Positions 25,634 through 32,000 of a stretch of 32,000 nucleotides of DNA are shown here, one piece after another. Positions within the stretch are counted from its first letter, which is position 1; each line of letters opens with the position of its first letter. The notes beneath the pieces are model-generated. The model worked only from the letters and a program-made list of their open reading frames with translations, had not been told where the DNA came from and made no database searches. The translations under genes and the position numbers were made by a program. Source of the DNA: Desulfocapsa sulfexigens DSM 10523 (GTDB lineage: Bacteria > Desulfobacterota > Desulfobulbia > Desulfobulbales > Desulfocapsaceae). The DNA is taken from positions 2,040,001 to 2,072,000 of the forward strand of contig NC_020304.1 of the NCBI RefSeq assembly GCF_000341395.1, written 5' to 3'.

Positions 25634-26725
25634 CTCGATATCACCACCCATGACCTCTCTCTCTCTGGTCATGGCAACCTTTTTCTGAAACCCGTAGGTT
25701 ACCAATTGTTTAATGTCGGACCACATGGTCTCACTGCCCATGATAGCTACAATAATCTCATCTTTTCCACGCTTGAACTTCCCCACATACGTCTGCCGGG
25801 CTGCATTGGTGTAGCCGGTTTTTCCACCCAGCGTGCCCTCTACCTGCCACAGGGCTTTATTATGACTACGAAGAAGCTTTCCTTCCGTGGTGCGTGTTTT
25901 CAACTGCTTCATCCTGGTGGAAAATTCAGGATCATTCATGGCATGACGGAAAATAGTTGCGAGGTCACGGGCGGTGGATTTCTGCCCCTTTGCAGTGAGA
26001 CCCGTAGCAGTTTTGCAGATGGTGTTTTTTGCTCCCCACAGTTTGGCTCGAAGGGTCATCATTGCAGCAAAATCTTTTTCATTTCCGGCAATTTTTTCAG
26101 CGAGTGCCACACTGGCATCATTGGCTGAAGCAAGCAGAACAGCGTTAATCAGATCATTTGCCTGATACTTCTTTTTCTGATCGAGGTATACCTTGGAGCG
26201 GGGCTGTCTTGCAGCTTTTTGACTGACCGAAACAGGTTCTGCCATGGTCAGGGATTTCATGGCGATCATTCCTGTGAGTACTTTGATGGTAGAAGCCGGT
26301 TGTCTCTGACTGTCAGGATTCCTGGAGTACAGTGTTTCTCCACTCACGGCATCAATGATGATGGCTGACCTGGATGAGATTTTTTTATTGAGTCGTTTGG
26401 TGGTAGCTGCGGTAACAGGGGGGGCAATTCGTTTTTTGATATGAAGAATATTATTAACCTGACCGAGACTGATCGGAGTGGATTTAGTGACAGTTGCTTC
26501 TGTGCGTGGAGAGGGTTGAGCGATCTTTTCTGTCTGCTTTGCAGGTTCTGGAACAGATGTGGCTACCTGCCACTTTGCTGTATCGTTGAGGAGAGGGAGC
26601 TCCGCCCGAGACTCCGCGTTGCTCGTAAAGAGCAGAACAAGAAGACAGAATACGAAAAAAACAGGAGTAGAATGTAATATCTTGTGCATGGTGCTGTATG
26701 GGGAGGTTCTGTTTAAAGTTAGCAT
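25595..26725 (-). CDS. D-alanyl-D-alanine carboxypeptidase (S11, PBP5/6-like)
   Basis: SxxK (ASTIKVLT), SxN (SAND) and KTG (KTGYT) motifs plus a signal peptide. The start could be 26725 or the ATG at 26689 (MHKILHSTPVFFVFCLL...). Confidence 0.85.
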   Translation of the reverse strand: MLTLNRTSPYSTMHKILHSTPVFFVFCLLVLLFTSNAESRAELPLLNDTAKWQVATSVPEPAKQTEKIAQPSPRTEATVTKSTPISLGQVNNILHIKKRIAPPVTAATTKRLNKKISSRSAIIIDAVSGETLYSRNPDSQRQPASTIKVLTGMIAMKSLTMAEPVSVSQKAARQPRSKVYLDQKKKYQANDLINAVLLASANDASVALAEKIAGNEKDFAAMMTLRAKLWGAKNTICKTATGLTAKGQKSTARDLATIFRHAMNDPEFSTRMKQLKTRTTEGKLLRSHNKALWQVEGTLGGKTGYTNAARQTYVGKFKRGKDEIIVAIMGSETMWSDIKQLVTYGFQKKVAMTREREVMGGDIELIADLQRTSNKN

Positions 26726-26852
26726 AATCTCGAAACAGTATAGCTTATCTTGTTAATTTTTATAAACTGTCGGCTTAACTGTCAAGATTATTCCGGTGTT
26801 TTGTTGAATAAATGCAAATTAGGGTGGGAAAACCGGTGCGCATCATTCTTAA

Positions 26853-26881
26853 TTGACCAAAAAACTACTTTTAGGTAAGAT
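26853..26881 (+). promoter_or_regulatory. Candidate sigma70 promoter for the acyl-CoA synthetase / fadL pair
   Basis: TTGACC (26853-26858), a 17-nt spacer, then TAAGAT (26876-26881). Confidence 0.45.
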
Positions 26882-26941
26882 GCGGCACATTTTAAGCCAC
26901 GAAGAATCCTACGATCAAATTTGTTTACTCATGAGGTGTTT

Positions 26942-28636
26942 ATGCCGGAATCCAACGATGTACGGATGACCTTAAATTATATACTCGATAATAGCGTGGA
27001 GCGGTATGGAGAACTGCCAGCAATTGGAATGGCAGCAGATGGTGCTTTAACCTATCGTGAATTTTATGATAACATCATAGCGCTTGCCCATCATCTGACT
27101 AAGGAGGGAGTAAAAAAAGGTGATCGGGTTGCTATTTTATCGGAAAATTCTCCCCAATGGGGAATGGCCTATTTTGCGATCATACGTATAGGGGCAATTG
27201 CCGTCCCCATTCTTCCCGACCTTCCCGAGGCAGATGTTCACCATATTCTTAATGAGATGGAGGTGCCTGTCCTCTTTGTTTCTGATCGTCAGATTGAAAA
27301 GATTTATGAGTTGAACCAAAAGTCATTACGGCGAATTATTACACTTGATGATCTGGGTGCAACGCAGGATGTGGTTGATGTTACATTCTTTTCAAAGTAC
27401 CTTGAGGATGCAGTAGTTGCACAAAAAGCTGCAGATGAGAAGGGGGAAGGGATGTCTTTTGCCGATGTTACAGAGGATGACCTTGCTTCCATTCTTTACA
27501 CCTCCGGAACATCAGGCTACTCAAAAGCTGTAATGCTCAGTCATAAAAATCTGACGGCCAATGCTTATAGTGCGGCAACCATGTTAGGTGTTGAAAGTGG
27601 CAGTGTTTTTCTCTCCGTCCTGCCGATGTCTCATACCTATGAGTTTACCCTTGGATTTATTACGCCCTTGATTAAAGGCTGCAAGGTTGCTTATGCCGGA
27701 AAGACACCAACCCCAGCGATCCTCGAGAAACTGTGTAGGCATGAAAAGCCCAGAGTTATGTTTGCGGTGCCCCTGATTATGGAGAAAATTTATAAAAAAC
27801 GGGTGTTGCCACAGATTGAAAAGAGTCGTTTACTTTCCCTGCTCTGCCGCTTTTCCTTTGGTCGAAAGTTTGTCTATAAAAAGATCGGTGCAAAACTTAT
27901 AGCATTTTTTGGAGGTAATCTTGAGCTCATGGGGATTGGTGGTGCGGCCTTAAATCCTGAGGTTGAAAATTTTCTCCGCGAGGCTGAATTCCCCTATATT
28001 ATCGGCTATGGACTGACTGAATCCGCTCCTATTCTTGCCGGTGGTCCAGTGGGTGATAAAACTATCACCGTTGGCTCAACTGGAAAACCTTTCCCTGGAG
28101 TGGAGGTGAAGATTGTCAATCCTGATCCAGGCAGTGGCGTTGGGGAAATTTACGGACGTGGTCCCAATGTCATGCAGGGGTATTACGGTGACCCCGATGC
28201 TTCTGCAGAAGCACTTACAGAAGATGGATGGCTCATCACCGGTGATCTTGGATCATTTGACGATGCTGGAAACCTCCATATCCGCGGACGGTCCAAAAAT
28301 GTTATTGTTATGGCTAACGGGGAAAATGTCTATCCGGAACCCATTGAGCATAAAATAAATTCGTATTTCTGGGTTGTTGAATCACTGGTTGTTGAAAACA
28401 ACGGCAAGCTCGATGCCTGGGTTTATCCTGATTATGAAGTTATTGATGAAATGACCGAGGGGCAATCCCGGGTTGAGCGTCGGGAATACATTGACAAACT
28501 CTGTGCGACTTTGCGAAAAGAAGTAAATGCTCAGGTGTCCACAGCTTCTCGTCTTATGCGGATTGTGGAGAGGCGTGAACCTTTTATTAAGACTGCAACG
28601 CATAAAATCAAGCGATACCTCTATAATGGTGACTAA
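26942..28636 (+). CDS. Long-chain acyl-CoA synthetase (AMP-forming, ANL superfamily)
   Basis: AMP-binding motif YTSGTSGYSKAVMLSH, plus GYGLTE and TGDLG blocks. The ATG at 26942 has GAGGTG 5 nt upstream. Confidence 0.85.
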   Translation: MPESNDVRMTLNYILDNSVERYGELPAIGMAADGALTYREFYDNIIALAHHLTKEGVKKGDRVAILSENSPQWGMAYFAIIRIGAIAVPILPDLPEADVHHILNEMEVPVLFVSDRQIEKIYELNQKSLRRIITLDDLGATQDVVDVTFFSKYLEDAVVAQKAADEKGEGMSFADVTEDDLASILYTSGTSGYSKAVMLSHKNLTANAYSAATMLGVESGSVFLSVLPMSHTYEFTLGFITPLIKGCKVAYAGKTPTPAILEKLCRHEKPRVMFAVPLIMEKIYKKRVLPQIEKSRLLSLLCRFSFGRKFVYKKIGAKLIAFFGGNLELMGIGGAALNPEVENFLREAEFPYIIGYGLTESAPILAGGPVGDKTITVGSTGKPFPGVEVKIVNPDPGSGVGEIYGRGPNVMQGYYGDPDASAEALTEDGWLITGDLGSFDDAGNLHIRGRSKNVIVMANGENVYPEPIEHKINSYFWVVESLVVENNGKLDAWVYPDYEVIDEMTEGQSRVERREYIDKLCATLRKEVNAQVSTASRLMRIVERREPFIKTATHKIKRYLYNGD

Positions 28637-28757
28637 TAGAATTTGTAATTATACCTGTGGTGCTAGATACATTTACTGCCATGTTAACCAGTTTACCCGT
28701 CAGTCCACTTACGGAATGATCGGAAACACTATTCTTTCAAAGAAGAGGGAGAAAACA

Positions 28758-30002
28758 ATGAAAAAAAAGATTTCCATAGTGGCTTTGAGTTCTGTACTGA
28801 TAGCCGGATCTGCCATGGCCTCTGGCTATCGCATTCCCGAGCAGTCTGTTGACTCGGTAGCCAAAGCTGGTGCCAATGTTGCCTCAGCCAACCAGGCGGA
28901 TACCGCCTATTATAATCCTGCCAATATGGGATGGTTGAAGAAAGATGCATGGCAGTTTGAAGGTGCATTGACCTATATTAATCTGCCATCTGTCAGCTAT
29001 GAGGATAACCGTAGCCCTCTTATGAATGGTAGCTCCAAGACTGAGAATTTTCTTCTCCCCACTTTCTTTCTTGTTTCTCCAGATATGAATAATTTCCGTC
29101 TCGGAATTTCAGCAATCGCTCCATTTGGCCTTTCCAAACGCTGGGAACAGCCCTTTCCCCGGAGTACTGCCGAAGAATATAGCCTTAACGTCTATGAGTT
29201 GAATCCAACCGTATCCTACACCATATCCGATATGTTCTCACTTGCAGGTGGTGTCCGTATGATCTACAGTACTGCCCAGGTGAGCAATTACGCGGTGCAG
29301 TCCAGCGGAATGATGGTTACCCGAAGTATGGAAGGTGATGCCATGGAGTGGGGATACAATCTGGCTGCTTCGGTTCGCCCTACCAAAGATATGAACATAT
29401 CTGCGACCTATCGTTCCAACGTTGATCTGGGGCTGGATGGTGATGTCACAATGGGAACAAATACCCCTTCAATCTTTGTCATGGAGACAAGTGGGGCTGT
29501 TGATCTTCCCGCACCCGCTGTATTGTCTCTTTCTCTTGCTTACACCTTTGGTCCAGCCACCATTGATCTGACCTGGGACAGAACATTCTGGTCAGAATAT
29601 GAAAGTATTGAATTTGACTATTCAAGCCCTGTTGCACATCCAGTGCTGAATGCTGTTTATACTCCAGCGATTCCTAAAAACTGGGATGACTCCAATGGCT
29701 ATCGCATAGGTCTTTCCTATGTGTTGAATCAGGATGTTACTCTGATGGCAGGGTTTGCCTATGACGAAACTCCAATACCGGATGAGACCCTTGGGTTTGA
29801 ACTTCCTGGTAGCAACGCCTGGCTCTACTCTGTTGGTGTTCGGTATCGTGTGAGTGAAGCCATGGAAATTGGGGCAGGATATCTGTATGATTACAAAGAA
29901 AGCCGAACCGTTGTCAATGGAAGCGCTACTACTGGCATCAATGGTGAATTCACTGATGCTGCTGCACATTTGTTAAGCTTTGGGTTGAGTTACGATTTCT
30001 AG
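28758..30002 (+). CDS. fadL: Outer-membrane long-chain fatty acid / hydrophobic compound transporter (FadL/OMPP1/TodX family)
   Basis: Start moved to the ATG at 28758, with GAGGGAGA upstream. Signal peptide MKKKISIVALSSVLIAGSAMA, then SGYRIPEQSVDSVAKAGANVA...YYNPANM, typical of FadL. C-terminal ...SYDF. Confidence 0.85.
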   Translation: MKKKISIVALSSVLIAGSAMASGYRIPEQSVDSVAKAGANVASANQADTAYYNPANMGWLKKDAWQFEGALTYINLPSVSYEDNRSPLMNGSSKTENFLLPTFFLVSPDMNNFRLGISAIAPFGLSKRWEQPFPRSTAEEYSLNVYELNPTVSYTISDMFSLAGGVRMIYSTAQVSNYAVQSSGMMVTRSMEGDAMEWGYNLAASVRPTKDMNISATYRSNVDLGLDGDVTMGTNTPSIFVMETSGAVDLPAPAVLSLSLAYTFGPATIDLTWDRTFWSEYESIEFDYSSPVAHPVLNAVYTPAIPKNWDDSNGYRIGLSYVLNQDVTLMAGFAYDETPIPDETLGFELPGSNAWLYSVGVRYRVSEAMEIGAGYLYDYKESRTVVNGSATTGINGEFTDAAAHLLSFGLSYDF

Positions 30003-30028
30003 ACCGCTTACAGAATATGTTCTTAAAA

Positions 30029-30066
30029 GCCCCTTGTCGACCGATGTTGGCAGGGGGCTTTTTTTT
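30029..30066 (+). terminator. Rho-independent terminator after fadL
   Basis: GCCCCTTG (30029-30036) pairs with CAGGGGGC (30051-30058), including one G-U pair, followed by T8. Confidence 0.75.
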
Positions 30067-30115
30067 AGCTGGTAGAATGACCTGTCGCCTTGATTTCTGG
30101 ATAAGGATATCTGCT

Positions 30116-30745
30116 CTATAATAAGATATTTCGAGCAAAGTCAATGATCGGTAGTATCATCTTTGACAGTATGCCTGAAAATGCCAGGAGTATAATAATA
30201 ACAAACCCATAACGTTCAACCGATGCGTATGATCTTGCCATATCCGGAGGGAGGATGCCTGCAAGAATCTTGCTCCCGTCCAGTGGTGGAATGGGTAGGA
30301 AGTTAAAGATACAGAGTACCAGATTTATCCAGACGGAAGCCATGAGCACCTCATTCAACGGGACAAGGATAGCTTCGGCAATGGGGGAATAGGGAATGGT
30401 GGCGGCAATGAACCAGACGATCTTTGTAAGTATTGCACTGATAACAGCCAGCGCCAGATTCACAGCAGGGCCTGCAAGGGCCACCCATAGCATGTCCTTA
30501 CGTGGATTCTTGAAATAATACGGATTCACGGGTACCGGTTTTGCCCAACCGATTTTAATAATAAAAAATGCCAGTGTTCCTAGTGGATCAAGGTGTTTCA
30601 AAGGGTTTAATGTCAGGCGTCCCTCGTTTCTTGCAGTGGGGTCACCGAAACGGTAGGCTACATAGCCGTGGGCAAATTCGTGGACGGTCAGGGCCAGGAG
30701 GATTGGTGGGGCGAGAATTATTATCTGAAGAATAATACTATTCAT
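30116..30745 (-). CDS. Site-2 protease family (peptidase M50) membrane metalloprotease
   Basis: HEFAH (HExxH) in the first TM helix, a polytopic body, and LPIPPLDGS, the second zinc-ligand motif of M50. Confidence 0.85.
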   Translation of the reverse strand: MNSIILQIIILAPPILLALTVHEFAHGYVAYRFGDPTARNEGRLTLNPLKHLDPLGTLAFFIIKIGWAKPVPVNPYYFKNPRKDMLWVALAGPAVNLALAVISAILTKIVWFIAATIPYSPIAEAILVPLNEVLMASVWINLVLCIFNFLPIPPLDGSKILAGILPPDMARSYASVERYGFVIIILLAFSGILSKMILPIIDFARNILL

Positions 30746-30905
30746 AGTGTTTCTATTTCCAATGAAGTGTTTACGTGTCAGGGAAGAGTAATCATTGAAG
30801 GGTGAAGGCGCAAGGAGTCGGAGTTTCTCTTAATGATTGAGGATTGTGTTTATTTAAAAGCACAATTCTGGCATTGTTACTGAAGCGATTTTAGACAGAG
30901 CCCTG

Positions 30906-31802
30906 TCATCTTTTTCCTTCTCGTTTGTTTTCAAGATATTGAAAAACCCGGCTGAGCAGTAGAGTTATGATACAGGCCATGGCTAGTCGGCTGATGACAA
31001 TAATCCAGTAGTTTGCCCCAAAAAGAACGAAAATAAGAGGGTCTTCGAGAAGAGAATGGCAGATCATAAGGAAGGTAGCAATGAAAAAGATATCCTTTTT
31101 CTGAAGGTTACCCGATTCAGCTTCTTTAAAGAGAATCCCAGCACCATAGGTGATTCCCAGGAGTTGCCCGGTAAGTAATGAAAACGAAGTTTGCACCCGT
31201 TGACCATAGTGTGTAATAAACTGTGTCCGCTTAATTGTATCCATCAGAAAAATAACAATAGTAATGAGACTGATTATCTTTAGAGACAGGACTGCTGCAT
31301 TCGCCAGTGAGTGGAGTAGCATGTCGGGGATACTCGAATATGACGCGAGCTGGATGTTTTTCCCACTCCGTTCTCCTGTGAAAAATGAGGCAGGCAGGAA
31401 AAAAAGAGGCATGGTGGTGAGAAAGGCCATGGATATCCTCAGGCAGGTGGAGTAGAGAAAGCTGATGCCGAGCTTTTTCATAATACTGTTTTCCACTGGA
31501 AGGCTGTGACAGACTCCAAGGAAGACCCCGAGGATCGTCCATTCGTAGGAACTGAGCCCCAGCGGTGCTGCAAATGCTACTGCAGCGTATATATTGAGGA
31601 AGACCCCTGCGCAGATGGCCATTGCCGTTTCTGAAGGAAGCTGCAGAATGCTGGTAACCGGAGAAAAGAGAAAACTTACTGGTCGGAGGAGATCAAAGTA
31701 AAGAAGAATGTCGGCGAGAATATAAAATGGAATAACCAGTTTCAGTATAAGGATTGCACTGGCAAATGATGCTTTTAGGCTTTCGCGCAAAGAGTTTGGC
31801 AT
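30906..31802 (-). CDS. Polytopic membrane protein, nucleoside-recognition (Gate) domain-like
   Basis: 298 aa and highly hydrophobic, with 8 or more predicted helices. It resembles Gate-domain proteins, but the family call is weak. Confidence 0.45.
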   Translation of the reverse strand: MPNSLRESLKASFASAILILKLVIPFYILADILLYFDLLRPVSFLFSPVTSILQLPSETAMAICAGVFLNIYAAVAFAAPLGLSSYEWTILGVFLGVCHSLPVENSIMKKLGISFLYSTCLRISMAFLTTMPLFFLPASFFTGERSGKNIQLASYSSIPDMLLHSLANAAVLSLKIISLITIVIFLMDTIKRTQFITHYGQRVQTSFSLLTGQLLGITYGAGILFKEAESGNLQKKDIFFIATFLMICHSLLEDPLIFVLFGANYWIIVISRLAMACIITLLLSRVFQYLENKREGKR

Positions 31803-32000
31803 GGTAAGATGCTGTATACGGTATATTGCTTATAGCCGCAATGCTTATTCTACTCTTGACGATAAAGTAACTGCCTAATACATTACGCAATGTCTGAGAT
31901 GTCGTGTGCCGGTAGTTTTTTAAGGTTTAAATGAGTGTCAACTACAGTGAGGATTTTTGTGAATTACAGATATTGGTGGGTTTTCCTGCTTGCTTTTTTG

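Noticed and set aside
26765-26783. Direct repeat AACTGTC-N5-AACTGTC upstream of the acyl-CoA synthetase promoter, considered as a FadR/TetR-type operator
   Set aside because: Two 7-mers are too short to be significant without comparative data. They are not palindromic and lie about 70 bp upstream of the -35.
31959-32000. Possible start of a plus-strand gene at the window end (GAGGA-N5-GTG, VNYRYWWVFLLAFL...)
   Set aside because: Only 14 codons are visible. The hydrophobic N-terminus and SD are suggestive, but this cannot be supported as a feature.
1-32000. Search for CRISPR arrays, IS/transposase or integrase genes, rRNA, and toxin-antitoxin or defence-island signatures
   Set aside because: I found no regularly spaced direct repeats, no recombinase-like ORFs and no rRNA-like sequence. 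The SF2 helicase has no nuclease or methylase partners, so I do not call it a defence system.

Overview
Gene-dense, chromosomal-looking window with about 28 protein genes, one tRNA and two copies of a structured intergenic repeat. I found no transposase, prophage or CRISPR signal. The protein sequences remind me of a Desulfobulbaceae-like deltaproteobacterium, but that is an impression I cannot verify here. Gene order: a minus-strand EPS export pair (beta-barrel OMP, then a Wza-like protein truncated at the window start); a small secreted protein; a DciA/DUF721-like gene; a 775-aa cysteine synthase::CysRS-like fusion; tRNA-Arg(UCU); a DUF6172-like gene; truA; repeat copy A; a minus-strand DUF457-like membrane protein plus secreted protein pair; an SF2 helicase; typA/bipA; repeat copy B; a minus-strand run of glgX, SGNH hydrolase, a periplasmic two-domain protein, panE, an NT5C-like HAD protein and a NUDIX protein; a DUF1566 protein; a tightly packed lexA-DUF72-imuB-dnaE2 operon; a convergent DD-carboxypeptidase; an acyl-CoA synthetase plus fadL pair; an M50 protease; and a Gate-domain membrane protein. 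Four items deserve a second look. (1) The CysK/CysM-like domain is fused without a linker to a complete CysRS-like body. That body keeps the zinc/cysteine pocket and the C-terminal tail but has lost both class-I ATP motifs (HIGH reads NLSL, KMSKS reads KMSVE). (2) The SOS mutagenesis cassette has a DUF72 (YecE-like) gene in the slot usually held by imuA, and its start overlaps the end of lexA. (3) Two perfect AATGTACATT palindromes bracket the predicted lexA promoter and are a candidate non-canonical LexA operator. (4) A 178-bp element with 11-bp terminal inverted repeats and 8-bp flanking duplications occurs twice, each time in the 3' region of a plus-strand gene. The six differences between copies fall in loops or keep plus-strand RNA pairing. 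All family calls come from reading the translations and remembered motifs; no database search was run.
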